From positions 1,536,001-1,600,000 of the forward strand of contig OY760686.1 in NCBI GenBank assembly GCA_963663865.1: a DNA stretch of 64,000 bases, in the 5' to 3' direction. Positions 20,394-29,850 of the stretch are shown here, one piece after another (the first letter of the stretch is position 1; every line of letters starts with the position of its first letter). This stretch comes from Spirochaetota bacterium (GTDB lineage Bacteria; Spirochaetota; UBA4802; UBA5550). Position numbers and translations under genes: made by a program. A model generated the notes under the pieces. That model saw only the letters and a program-made list of their open reading frames with translations, did not search any database and was not told the DNA's origin.

Positions 20394-20819
20394 ATGGCAA
20401 AAAAGATTATTCAGGTTAACAAAAATCCTATTTATGATATAGGAATGATATCAACGGTGTTTGCTGGAGATACTGATTTTTCGGGGGATCTTTCCTTTAA
20501 GAAATCGCTGCAGATAAACGGACGATTCGAAGGTGAAATCGCTTCAGGCGGCTACCTCGTTATTGGCGAGGGCGCGGAGGTGAAGGCTAATATCAAGGTA
20601 AAAACCCTGATTCTTATGGGTACTGTGCACGGTAATATCGAAGCCGAACAGAGGCTTGAAATACACGCGAGCGGTAGGCTTTATGGGAATATCAGGACGG
20701 CCCAGCTGAAAATAGCTGATGGCGTTGTATTTGACGGTAAATGCGAGATGATTAAGCCTGAAGAGAGAAAGAACAAAAAGGAACCACAGAAGGCTGAAGC
20801 GGTCCAAAAAGAGGAATAG
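20394..20819 (+). CDS. Bactofilin (polymer-forming cytoskeletal protein)
   Basis: F.GDL.F..SLQING.FEGEI...L.IG..A.V.ANI...G.V.GNI...G...G.C.M pattern. Confidence 0.93.
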   Translation: MAKKIIQVNKNPIYDIGMISTVFAGDTDFSGDLSFKKSLQINGRFEGEIASGGYLVIGEGAEVKANIKVKTLILMGTVHGNIEAEQRLEIHASGRLYGNIRTAQLKIADGVVFDGKCEMIKPEERKNKKEPQKAEAVQKEE

Positions 20820-20831
20820 CGCTTAAGGAAA

Positions 20832-21833
20832 ATGGAAGCTCGATTCTACACCGGGAAAGAGGGCGGAACTGTAAAGTGCGGTCTGTGTCCTCATGGATGT
20901 GTGATTCCGGCCGGAGAGTGTGGCTTTTGCTGTGTCCGCTTCAACAGAGGCGGGCGGCTTATGGCTGAGAGCTATGGGGCTGTTTCAGCCGCGGGTGTTG
21001 ATCCTGTTGAAAAGAAGCCTCTTTATCATTACTATCCTGGAAGACAGATATACTCTGTTGGCTCATTTGGGTGCAATCTCAGGTGCCCTTATTGTCAGAA
21101 TTGGCAGATATCACAGAGTTTTAAAGAAGATTCTTTACATTACTCACCGGAAAATGTCATCGCAAACGCCTTATCCACGGGTTCCTTCGGAATAGCATAC
21201 ACGTATTCAGAGCCTCTGGTATGGTATGAGTTTGTGGCTGATACAGCTTCATCCGCCGCTCAGCAGGGGCTTAAGAATGTTCTTGTAACTAACGGATTTA
21301 TTAACAGTGAACCGTTTGATGATATTCTCAATAATATACATGCTCTCAACATTGATCTTAAAACATTCAACAGCGCCACTTACAGTAAGATTCATAGAGG
21401 CAGTCTAAACGCCGTTAAATCAAGCATAAGAACCGCATACGAAAAGGGCTGCCATGTCGAGATTACGACACTTGTGGTTACCGGAATCAACGATAATCGC
21501 GGTGAGCTTATGGAAACAGCACGCTTTATATCGTCTCTGGACAGGTCGATCCCCTGGCATATCTCAAGGTATTACCCCGCCTTTAAGTATGATGCTCCGG
21601 CGACTGATGAATCATTCATTCTCAGCATTTGTGAAGAGGCTTCATCGGTTCTTGATTACGTTTATGCGGGAAATACTGCTTCACCGGGCCGTTTTTCGGA
21701 TACGTTTTGCCCCGCATGCGGTTCTGTTCTGATTAAAAGATCCGGTTACAGAACAGTTTTGAGTTCTCTTGATGCAAGATCATCCAGCTGTTTAAACTGC
21801 GGAATGATCTTGCAGTTTGAAGGACTATGCTGA
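20832..21833 (+). CDS. amrS: AmmeMemoRadiSam system radical SAM enzyme
   Basis: N-terminal C..CP..C...C, DPVEKKPLYH..PG, GCNLRCPYCQNW.ISQ, C-terminal CP.CG...C..CG. Confidence 0.93.
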   Translation: MEARFYTGKEGGTVKCGLCPHGCVIPAGECGFCCVRFNRGGRLMAESYGAVSAAGVDPVEKKPLYHYYPGRQIYSVGSFGCNLRCPYCQNWQISQSFKEDSLHYSPENVIANALSTGSFGIAYTYSEPLVWYEFVADTASSAAQQGLKNVLVTNGFINSEPFDDILNNIHALNIDLKTFNSATYSKIHRGSLNAVKSSIRTAYEKGCHVEITTLVVTGINDNRGELMETARFISSLDRSIPWHISRYYPAFKYDAPATDESFILSICEEASSVLDYVYAGNTASPGRFSDTFCPACGSVLIKRSGYRTVLSSLDARSSSCLNCGMILQFEGLC

Positions 21834-21865
21834 AAAAAAAGCCCCACTTTGCAAGCAGGGCTTTT
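21833..21865. terminator. Intrinsic terminator between convergent amrS and GSIII, best formed on the minus strand
   Basis: Minus strand GCCCTGCTT-gca-AAGTGGGGC plus T8; TTTT on the plus side. Confidence 0.8.
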
Positions 21866-21884
21866 GTATTACATGGCTGTTGGA

Positions 21885-24050
21885 TTAGCTGATAAAGAGC
21901 ATCTCCCAGTATTTAGGAAGCGGCCATTTCTCATCGTCGACCATGCCCTCAAGGGAATCAATTGAGCTTCTCACCGAGTTCATCGCAGGAAGGAGGTCTG
22001 TTGAGTAGAACTTTGCCTTCTTCGTCTCATCGTGAATGTCGGCGGCTGCCTTGAAAATTTCCGAGAGTTTATCAAGACCGCTTTTTACGGCAGATATCGT
22101 CTCAGACAGCTCTTTCAGCATTTCTTTCTGTGCTGCAGGCTCGCTTCCGAGAACTGATGTTACCCTTGCTATTGACTTAGCAAGACCGGACTGATACCCG
22201 ATGGCTGCCGGCAGAATCTGTGTCTGTGTCATGTTTAAGAGGCATTTAACCTCAATGTCGATATTTCTTATGTAACGCTCATTTCTGATATAAAATCTGG
22301 ATTTGAGCTCAACTCTGGAAAGAACCCCGTACTTCTCGAATACCGAAAGGGCCTTCTCTGAAATTAACGCTTCCAGAGCCTCAGGGGTTGTTCTCAGATT
22401 CGGTAGACCGCGTTTTTCTGCTTCAGTATGCCATGCCTCGGAGTACCCATCGCCGTTGAATATTACGGCTTTTATTTCCTTAAGCTCGCCTCTGATGACT
22501 TCTATTACGACCTTATTGATATCGCTTCCCTTGTTGGCTTCAATCTTGTCGGCAAGCTTGTCGATGGCATCTGCGACGATGGTGTTGAGTACTGTAGCTG
22601 GAAAAGCTATGGACTGTTCTGATCCTACCGCTCTGAATTCGAACTTGTTTCCGGTGAAGGCAAACGGTGATGTCCTGTTTCTGTCAGTGTTGTCCTTGCT
22701 TAGTATCGGAAGAGCAGAAAGGCCGAGGTCAATAATCTCCTTATCGGTGGCTTTAGAAATATTACCGGCTTCAATATCTTCAAGAATAGAGAGAAGCTGA
22801 CTTCCGAGGAATACTGATATTATCGCGGGAGGGGCCTCATTTGCTCCGAGCCTGTGATCGTTTCCTGAAGAAGCTACAGAGGCGCGAAGAAGGTCTGCGT
22901 TCTCGAAGACTGCTTTAATCGTAGCGGTCAGGAAGATCAGAAACTGTATATTGTCGTGGGGTGTTTTGCCTGGATTTAGCAGATTTATTCCGTCATCAGT
23001 TGAGATTGACCAGTTAAGGTGTTTCCCGGAACCATTTATGCCTGCAAAGGGCTTCTCGTGAAGCAGTAACGAAAGATTGTGCCGTTTGGCCACTGTTTTG
23101 AGAGTATCCATCAGGAGCTGATTGTGGTCGGCAGCCAGGTTTGCAGCTTCGTAAACAGGCGCTATTTCGAACTGGCTCGGAGCAACCTCGTTGTGCCTTG
23201 TTTTTGCGGGAATTCCGAGGCTGTAGAGAACCTGTTCAACGTCATGCATATAGGACTGAATTCTCTCTTTGATGCTTCCGAAATACTGGTCTTCAAGCTC
23301 CTGGCCTTTCGCGGGAGGAGCACCGATAACGGCGCGGCCTGCAAGGGTAAGGTCCTGTCTTTTGTAGTAGTAATCCTTATCAATGAGGAAGTATTCCTGC
23401 TCGGGTCCGCAGTTAGAATTGACCTTTTTGCTGGTATGGTTTCCGAGAAGCTTCAGCATTCTCAAGGAGCTCTTATTAACCGCCCTGTCTGATTTAAGAA
23501 GCGGCGTCTTCTTGTCCAATGCCTCGCCGGTGTACGAAATAAACGCTGATGGAATGCAGAGCGTTATTCCCAGGCCGTTACGTCTGATAAAAGCGGGGCT
23601 TGACATGTCCCAGGCAGTGTAACCCCTTGCTTCAAAAGTGGACCTGATTCCACCGCTCGGGAAACTCGAAGCATCAGGTTCACCCTGCACAAGCTGTTTC
23701 GCTGAGAAAAGCTCAATGACTCTGCCCGGCCCGTCGGGTTCGGCGAAGGCGTCATGTTTTTCTGCGGTTATTCCGGTCATTGGTTGGAACCAGTGTGCAT
23801 AGTGGGTGGCGCCCTTCTCAATGGCCCAATCCTTCATTGCGTTAGCTACCGCGTCAGCAGTATCCAGATCAAGAGGCAAATCCTCCTGAATAGCTGTCAG
23901 GGTTTTTTTGTAAACAGCCTTCGGGAGTCTTTCCTGCATTACTTTCAGACTGAAAGTATCTTCACCAAAGAATGTTGATATGGCCTTTCCGTTTGATTTG
24001 GAAACTTCATACCCGCGTTCATACGTTATTCCGATTTTGTTTCTTCTCAT
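21885..24050 (-). CDS. glnA: Glutamine synthetase type III
   Basis: HWFQP, GEPDASSFP, GPEQEYF, HNEVAP.QFE, HEKPFAG.NGSGKH and DRNRTSPFAFTGNKFEFR motifs; 721 aa. Confidence 0.97.
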   Translation of the reverse strand: MRRNKIGITYERGYEVSKSNGKAISTFFGEDTFSLKVMQERLPKAVYKKTLTAIQEDLPLDLDTADAVANAMKDWAIEKGATHYAHWFQPMTGITAEKHDAFAEPDGPGRVIELFSAKQLVQGEPDASSFPSGGIRSTFEARGYTAWDMSSPAFIRRNGLGITLCIPSAFISYTGEALDKKTPLLKSDRAVNKSSLRMLKLLGNHTSKKVNSNCGPEQEYFLIDKDYYYKRQDLTLAGRAVIGAPPAKGQELEDQYFGSIKERIQSYMHDVEQVLYSLGIPAKTRHNEVAPSQFEIAPVYEAANLAADHNQLLMDTLKTVAKRHNLSLLLHEKPFAGINGSGKHLNWSISTDDGINLLNPGKTPHDNIQFLIFLTATIKAVFENADLLRASVASSGNDHRLGANEAPPAIISVFLGSQLLSILEDIEAGNISKATDKEIIDLGLSALPILSKDNTDRNRTSPFAFTGNKFEFRAVGSEQSIAFPATVLNTIVADAIDKLADKIEANKGSDINKVVIEVIRGELKEIKAVIFNGDGYSEAWHTEAEKRGLPNLRTTPEALEALISEKALSVFEKYGVLSRVELKSRFYIRNERYIRNIDIEVKCLLNMTQTQILPAAIGYQSGLAKSIARVTSVLGSEPAAQKEMLKELSETISAVKSGLDKLSEIFKAAADIHDETKKAKFYSTDLLPAMNSVRSSIDSLEGMVDDEKWPLPKYWEMLFIS

Positions 24051-24340
24051 GTTGCCCTCCAGTTAAGGTTTCGAGATATTGTTAAGCCGATCAGCCGTCC
24101 GGTCTCTGTTTCCTGATCCAATTTCTTATCTGCTGGAAACGGGCTCTCCGTCAAGATCAACTTGTCTTAATAATTAACTGATATTTTTTTTAACCAGAAA
24201 AGTCAATATCAGGTTTATAAATTGGGCCTTGCCGCAGCTATATTTAACATTGATGTAACAAATATGTGCCTATTTAGAAATAGATATCCTTTTAGGCAAT
24301 AACATTAATCGTATAGATCGCATAAATGATAGTATGAGAA

Positions 24341-24369
24341 TTGACAAAAACAGGCCTTAAATCTATGCA
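24341..24369 (+). promoter_or_regulatory. Putative sigma70 promoter for the rsmA operon
   Basis: TTGACA-17 nt-TATGCA. Confidence 0.45.
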
Positions 24370-24494
24370 GGGCCAGCAGCCTTTTATCGGCGAAAAAATA
24401 ATTTACAGCGGTATAGTCTCACCTGAGAGTGAACTAAAGTCGCCTGAATGTCATGAAATGCTGCTGGCCTCAATTCAAGAGCCTTTTAAGAGAT

Positions 24495-25370
24495 ATGATG
24501 GCGAAGAATGTGAAAATGAATATAAACAAATTACACGAAATAAGGAAGCTTTACGGGCTTTCAGCCAATAAAAAGCTGGGACAGAACTTTCTGATAGACG
24601 GCAACATAATCCGAAAGATAGTTGAGGCAGTCAATCCGGGGGAGAATGATATCGTACTTGAGATAGGCCCGGGACTTGGTTCAATTACAGGAGTGATCCT
24701 TGAGAGGTCAAAACATCTTACCGCTGTTGAGATCGACTCCGGAGCAGCCAGGTACCTCAAAGACAGTTACGGCGGCAATCCCTCATTCCGTCTTATCCAT
24801 TCGGATTTTTTCAAATATTTTCCGGACAGGGACTATACGGTTATCGTATCAAATCTTCCATATTACTGTGCTTCAGAAATACTTTTCAATATAGCATCCC
24901 GTTACAGAGAGTCGTCGCTTCATGTTATGGTTCAGAGGGAGATGGCCGCACGAATGATCTCGCGGCCCGGAACCGTGAGTTACGGCGCGATGACTGTTAC
25001 TCTCTCTTATTATTACAGAAGCTCCATTCTTTTTAACGTTCCTCCCGGCGCGTTTTATCCCGCACCTGATGTTACATCTTCTTTTATACGTCTTGAAAGA
25101 AGGGACGACAGGGATCTGACTGACAGAGAGGTTGAGATATTTCATCTTGTGGTTAAATCCGCCTTCTGGGGGCGCAGAAAAACGCTGTTAAAGGGTCTTA
25201 CGGCCTCTCCTCACCTTGGATATTCAAAAGAGATTATTTTAAAGGGACTCGCCGAGTCTGGTATTGACGGTAAAATGAGAGGAGAGGAATTGGACGTTGA
25301 AGAGTATATCAGACTGGCCCGAATACTCAATAAGCTTAACGGAGAACACAGTGCTGACGGTAATAAATGA
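24495..25370 (+). CDS. rsmA: 16S rRNA m6,2A dimethyltransferase (start 24495 or 24516)
   Basis: KKLGQNFL.D, LEIGPGLG, VEID, SNLPY, MVQRE, F.PAP.V.S and RRKTL motifs. Confidence 0.97.
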   Translation: MMAKNVKMNINKLHEIRKLYGLSANKKLGQNFLIDGNIIRKIVEAVNPGENDIVLEIGPGLGSITGVILERSKHLTAVEIDSGAARYLKDSYGGNPSFRLIHSDFFKYFPDRDYTVIVSNLPYYCASEILFNIASRYRESSLHVMVQREMAARMISRPGTVSYGAMTVTLSYYYRSSILFNVPPGAFYPAPDVTSSFIRLERRDDRDLTDREVEIFHLVVKSAFWGRRKTLLKGLTASPHLGYSKEIILKGLAESGIDGKMRGEELDVEEYIRLARILNKLNGEHSADGNK

Positions 25371-25911
25371 GATGAATGATGAAGCAGAGAAACCCGCGGG
25401 TGGGCTCTATAAAAGCCGGGGGCTTTCCGCTCAAAGCTTTGAGGTAAATGGACTCGAACTGAGATTTCGTCCTGTTAGCGGAGCAGAAATTGACGCGATA
25501 GCTGCGCTTGAAAATATAAGTTTTGAGCCCCACGTGGCTGAATCAAGAGATTATCTGTCTGACGAAATAGCTGCCGGCAATTACTGGGGTCTCTTTCTCA
25601 TGACAGGTGAAGTTGCCGCGTATATGGGCATTGAGGTTGAAGATGACTATCTGTATCTTTCGAATATCGCGGTAGCCCATAGCTATAGAGGCTCTGGACT
25701 GGGGGGGCTGCTTCTGGGACAGGCACTGCGATGTGCCTTCCAATTGAGACTTAGAGGGGTAAGGCTTCATGTATCGGAGAGGAACCTCAATGCGATCTCA
25801 TTCTACGAGAAGCATGCTTTTACCCGTTCAGATATTACCCGTTGTTTTTACGCTCCCGATGAGGATGCCGTTATCATGACACGCGACTTTTCTGTTAATA
25901 ATTGTATTTAG
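25351..25911 (+). CDS. GNAT N-acetyltransferase, RimI-like
   Basis: NIAV...YRG.GLG..LL, LHV...N..AI.FY, EDA.IM; GTG start with SD GGAGA. Confidence 0.8.
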   Translation: MLTVINEMNDEAEKPAGGLYKSRGLSAQSFEVNGLELRFRPVSGAEIDAIAALENISFEPHVAESRDYLSDEIAAGNYWGLFLMTGEVAAYMGIEVEDDYLYLSNIAVAHSYRGSGLGGLLLGQALRCAFQLRLRGVRLHVSERNLNAISFYEKHAFTRSDITRCFYAPDEDAVIMTRDFSVNNCI

Positions 25912-25925
25912 TGGCAGGGTGTTTT

Positions 25926-26684
25926 ATGAATTTTGGAGCTGCAGTATTGTTGATGGCGCTTGCCGCTTCCGGCTCACCGGAAGTGCAGCAGGAGAAAACT
26001 GATCTATACGGCGATATCCCCCGTGAAAAGTATTTAACCGGCCGATTTGACCCGGCTGAGAGCGGACTTTTCACCGAGTTGGCCGTGTCTGGTATCGCCA
26101 CCGACGGCAGAAAGCAGTATCTCAGAAAGGAAGCGGCGGCAGCATTGAAGGCGATGTTCAAAGATTTCAGCAAGCAACATCCGGGTGTGAGGGTTTATGT
26201 GAGAAGCTCCACGCGTACATTCTGGCACCAGAAGGCTATATGGGAAAACAAGTGGTATGGCCGCACCCGCGTGGGCGGCAGGCGGCTTAATGTGGAGGTC
26301 CGAGACGAGCTGGAGCGTGCAAGGATAATTCTTCGGTACTCATCAATGCCGGGGACTTCCCGTCACCACTGGGGAACTGATTTCGATATTAACAGCCTTA
26401 ATAACTCGTGGTATGAAAAAGGCGTCGGTCGAGTAATTTACAGCTGGCTGAAAAAAAACGCGGAACGATACGGTTTTGTTCAGCCTTATACCGGGGGCCG
26501 AAGCGCCGGTTACGAGGAAGAGAAGTGGCACTGGTCATACCAACCGCTGGCACGCCGTCTGCTCAAGGACTGGAATGAGGCTTTCAAGAACGGAGAGATG
26601 CAGATTGACGGTTTTGCCGGCGCGGGAGCATCCGGAGGACTTGCCCCCGAGTATGTAAATGGGATAAATCCCGATTGCCGATGA
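25926..26684 (+). CDS. M15B D-alanyl-D-alanine carboxypeptidase (VanY-like), exported
   Basis: SS.R.F..Q, SSMPGTSRHHWGTDFD and EEKWHW motifs; signal peptide. Confidence 0.9.
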   Translation: MNFGAAVLLMALAASGSPEVQQEKTDLYGDIPREKYLTGRFDPAESGLFTELAVSGIATDGRKQYLRKEAAAALKAMFKDFSKQHPGVRVYVRSSTRTFWHQKAIWENKWYGRTRVGGRRLNVEVRDELERARIILRYSSMPGTSRHHWGTDFDINSLNNSWYEKGVGRVIYSWLKKNAERYGFVQPYTGGRSAGYEEEKWHWSYQPLARRLLKDWNEAFKNGEMQIDGFAGAGASGGLAPEYVNGINPDCR

Positions 26685-28306
26685 AGGTCCTTCTTGCCTA
26701 TCTCTGTCAGCCTGATGACAGCAGCGATTACTTTATGTCTCTGCTGCCTTACGGTGTTGTGTCTATAGCGGCGTTTCTCGAAAAGGAAGGGGTGGATGTA
26801 GCTCTTGCCAATTACTCAGCCTCAGGGGTTCGTGGAGCGCTGGCTGAAATGCGAAAGCTGCGGCCTGACATACTCGGGCTGTCGCTGTTTTCGTTCAACA
26901 GGGCCGCTACGCTCGAGCTTGTCAAAAAAGCTTCTAAGGAATTTCCCGCCATGAAGATTGTTCTGGGCGGACCCCATGCTACCTTTATGGCTGAAGGAAT
27001 TCTACAAAGGTATCCGGAGGTTGACCTCATAATAAAGGGCGAGGGCGAGAACGCCATGCTTGCGGCTGTGAGGGATTATAAGGCAAAGCGAGATGTTCCC
27101 CGCATAGTAGAAGCTTCACGAATAACGGACATCTCGTCGCTCCCGCCGGCATCGTCATATGGAGGCCCTGTTTCGGGCGTAAACGCAATTGAACAGTTCA
27201 GGTACATTGTTACGAGCAGGGGCTGCCCCGGCTCGTGCACTTTCTGTTCTTCACCCTCGTTTTGGCAGAGAAAAACAGTGTTCCGTTCCGCGGATGATAT
27301 CTATAACGAATTCAGGGAGCTGTACGAGAAATACGGGATAATCTATTTTTCAGTCAGGGATGACAATTTCACCATGAGAAAACAGCGCGTTATGGATTTC
27401 TGCTCTCGAATTATTCAGAGCGGAATGAAGGTGATGTGGAATTGCCAGGCAAGGGTGGATTCGGTCGACTTTGAGATGCTGGCCGAAATGAAGAGTGCTG
27501 GTCTTGAACACATACAATATGGAGTTGAATCAGGATCCCCGGCGATACTGTCAGGGTATCACAAGAACATCAGCGTTGAAAAAATAGAGAAGGCTGCCGA
27601 GGCCACCAGAAGGGCCGGAATCTATCTGTCGATATACTTAATGAGCGGAATGGCGGGTGAGACCCGGGAGGATTGCAATCGCACTCTCGCGCTTATACGC
27701 AGAATAAGGCCTCATGACGGCATGGTATCCCCTGTCTCCCTTTATCCCGGAACCGCGATGTACGAGGAGTTCAAAGAGTCGGGGAGGGTGGATGACAGCG
27801 TATGGTTCGAGACGGACTCAAGCGGGGTATATCTGCGTGAAGACAGGGAAGCCGGCCGTATGTTTCAAAGCATACTGAATGAGCTGGAATTGACCGGCGA
27901 AGGCTCTGTATACCGCCCCGATGATTTTAAACGCCATCGTGAGGAATGCGGCGAGTCGTGGGTAACTGATGTCATGGAGGGCGATTTTCTCGCACAGTCA
28001 GGCGACCTTGAAGGAGCGCTTAATACTTACAGAAGGCTGGCCGGGTGTGGCAACATCTGGGGTTTTGAAAGGTCAGGTGGCCTGTTTTTGCAAAATGGGC
28101 GCTACGATGAGGCGGAAGAGGCGTACAGAGGGCTTCTCAATCTGGTTCCAAACTATTCCGGGGGGTTTGTAAGGCTTTCTGAGGTACTTTTCCTGAAAGG
28201 GGACATCGCTGGGGGTGAATGGGCTCTTGACAGGGCTGAAAGCCTCAACTGTCATGATTCGGAGATTAAACTGCTGCGGAGACGTTTTGGAAAACATAAG
28301 TCCTGA
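26681..28306 (+). CDS. B12-binding radical SAM protein with C-terminal TPRs
   Basis: IVLGGPHAT..., GEGE, TSRGCPGSCTFC, DDNF, GVESGS; TPR-like C-terminus. Confidence 0.9.
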   Translation: MKVLLAYLCQPDDSSDYFMSLLPYGVVSIAAFLEKEGVDVALANYSASGVRGALAEMRKLRPDILGLSLFSFNRAATLELVKKASKEFPAMKIVLGGPHATFMAEGILQRYPEVDLIIKGEGENAMLAAVRDYKAKRDVPRIVEASRITDISSLPPASSYGGPVSGVNAIEQFRYIVTSRGCPGSCTFCSSPSFWQRKTVFRSADDIYNEFRELYEKYGIIYFSVRDDNFTMRKQRVMDFCSRIIQSGMKVMWNCQARVDSVDFEMLAEMKSAGLEHIQYGVESGSPAILSGYHKNISVEKIEKAAEATRRAGIYLSIYLMSGMAGETREDCNRTLALIRRIRPHDGMVSPVSLYPGTAMYEEFKESGRVDDSVWFETDSSGVYLREDREAGRMFQSILNELELTGEGSVYRPDDFKRHREECGESWVTDVMEGDFLAQSGDLEGALNTYRRLAGCGNIWGFERSGGLFLQNGRYDEAEEAYRGLLNLVPNYSGGFVRLSEVLFLKGDIAGGEWALDRAESLNCHDSEIKLLRRRFGKHKS

Positions 28307-28494
28307 TTCCCTAAAATATTGGTCATCCGGTTTCAATGGAGTGAAATACTTGACAAATAATCAGCTGTTTGAAATCGTTTTCTATATATCCGCCTTGTCT
28401 GTCAAAAGCCTGAAAGCTTATGATCGTGACAGGAAATTATCCAGCGCGGGCAGCAGCGGGTGGAGAATTCAATTTAAAACATCAGGATGTTATA

Positions 28495-29247
28495 ATGAAA
28501 AGAAGAGAGATATTCGCGGGAAATTGGAAGATGTACAAGACTCATTCCGACGCTGTAGAGACCATAAAAAGCCTTATCGCAGGATTTACAGCCGGCTCTG
28601 AGAGAGAGCTTGTCATTTTCACTCCTGCGCCTTATGCAAGGGACTGCGCCGCGGCCAGCCAGGGAAGCAAGCTTGCGGTCGGAATGCAGAATATGTACTT
28701 TGAGGATGAGGGTGCTTTCACTGGAGAGGTCTCACCCCTGATGGTTAAGGATTGCGGATGCCGTTATGTGCTTATAGGCCACTCTGAACGGAGACATGTT
28801 TTCGGAGAGACAGATGCTGATACAAACATGAAAATGAAGGCCGCAATAAAGCACGGGATTGAACCGATGCTGTGTGTGGGCGAGCTTCTTGAGGAAAGAG
28901 AAAAAGGCGTGACCGCCGATGTAATACAGAGACAGGTTAAAGAGGCCTTTAAAGATGTTTCCAGAGAGGATGCCGCAAAGGCCGTGATAGCATATGAGCC
29001 TGTCTGGGCAATAGGTACTGGAAAGGTGGCGACACCGGAGATTGCCGAGGAAGTACACTCAAGCATAAGAAAGATGATTGAGAATATCTACGATGCTGAG
29101 CTTGCATCTGTTATGCCCATACTTTACGGTGGATCCGTCAAACCTGACAACATTGAGGGGCTTTTCGAAAAGGAGAATATTGACGGCGTACTTGTGGGCG
29201 GCGCAAGTCTTAAAGCTGATTCTTTTCTGAGCATAGTTAACATCTGA
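28495..29247 (+). CDS. tpiA: Triosephosphate isomerase
   Basis: AGNWKM, GAFTGE, GHSERR, AYEPVWAIGTG, YGGSV and VGGASL motifs. Confidence 0.99.
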   Translation: MKRREIFAGNWKMYKTHSDAVETIKSLIAGFTAGSERELVIFTPAPYARDCAAASQGSKLAVGMQNMYFEDEGAFTGEVSPLMVKDCGCRYVLIGHSERRHVFGETDADTNMKMKAAIKHGIEPMLCVGELLEEREKGVTADVIQRQVKEAFKDVSREDAAKAVIAYEPVWAIGTGKVATPEIAEEVHSSIRKMIENIYDAELASVMPILYGGSVKPDNIEGLFEKENIDGVLVGGASLKADSFLSIVNI

Positions 29248-29385
29248 CACTCGAGTTATAAATTATAAGTATTGTTGTGAAGTTGGGTGTATGCGTTACA
29301 CTCGTGTCGAGGGAGCTGTTTTCCCCTTATGGCTGTAGCGCTGCCTGGAAAAGTAGTAAATAGATATCAAAAATGAGGAAATAAA

Positions 29386-29748
29386 ATGGGAATACTGGTG
29401 TCGGTAACAACAGTTATATTTGTTATCCTTTGCGTGCTTCTCGTGATACTGATTCTTCTTCAGTCTGACAAGAGTGCCGGTATGGGAATTCTGGGCGGGT
29501 CAAGTCAATCGGCTTTCGGTTCGTCAACTGCGGATGTAATCACAAAGATTACGGCAACAATGGTTGGAATATTCATGGTTGCTTCCCTGGGGCTGGCTAT
29601 AATGGAATCAGCCAAGTCAGATTCAATTAAGAAGCAGCTTCAGGACGCGAGTGCAGCGCCTGCCGCGAAGATCGAAAAGGCTGAGGATGGGGCTGCAGTA
29701 AAAACACCTGATGCAGGTGAAGGCACAGCCAGGCCGGGTGATAAATAA
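29386..29748 (+). CDS. secG: Preprotein translocase subunit SecG
   Basis: ILLQ..K.AG.G..GG.SQS.FG...TKIT; directly downstream of tpiA. Confidence 0.93.
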   Translation: MGILVSVTTVIFVILCVLLVILILLQSDKSAGMGILGGSSQSAFGSSTADVITKITATMVGIFMVASLGLAIMESAKSDSIKKQLQDASAAPAAKIEKAEDGAAVKTPDAGEGTARPGDK

Positions 29749-29776
29749 TCACATTTACGAGCTCTGTTGTTGATGT

Positions 29777-29808
29777 AACTCGCTGTATTTTCGCGGCGGG
29801 TTATTTTC
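29777..29808 (+). terminator. Possible terminator after secG
   Basis: AACTCGCTG...CGGCGGGTT G-U-rich stem followed by ATTTT. Confidence 0.45.
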
Positions 29809-29850
29809 GTTTATGATGATTTATATTAGAAATTATTGAAGGAGATTTCA

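Noticed and set aside
24255-24276. Sigma54 promoter for GSIII (minus-strand GGCAC)
   Set aside because: The -12 GC dinucleotide is not present at the required spacing.
29749-29850. SAM riboswitch upstream of metK, or tRNA-Leu after secG
   Set aside because: No SAM-I/II consensus and no tRNA cloverleaf or T-loop; only a terminator-like hairpin.
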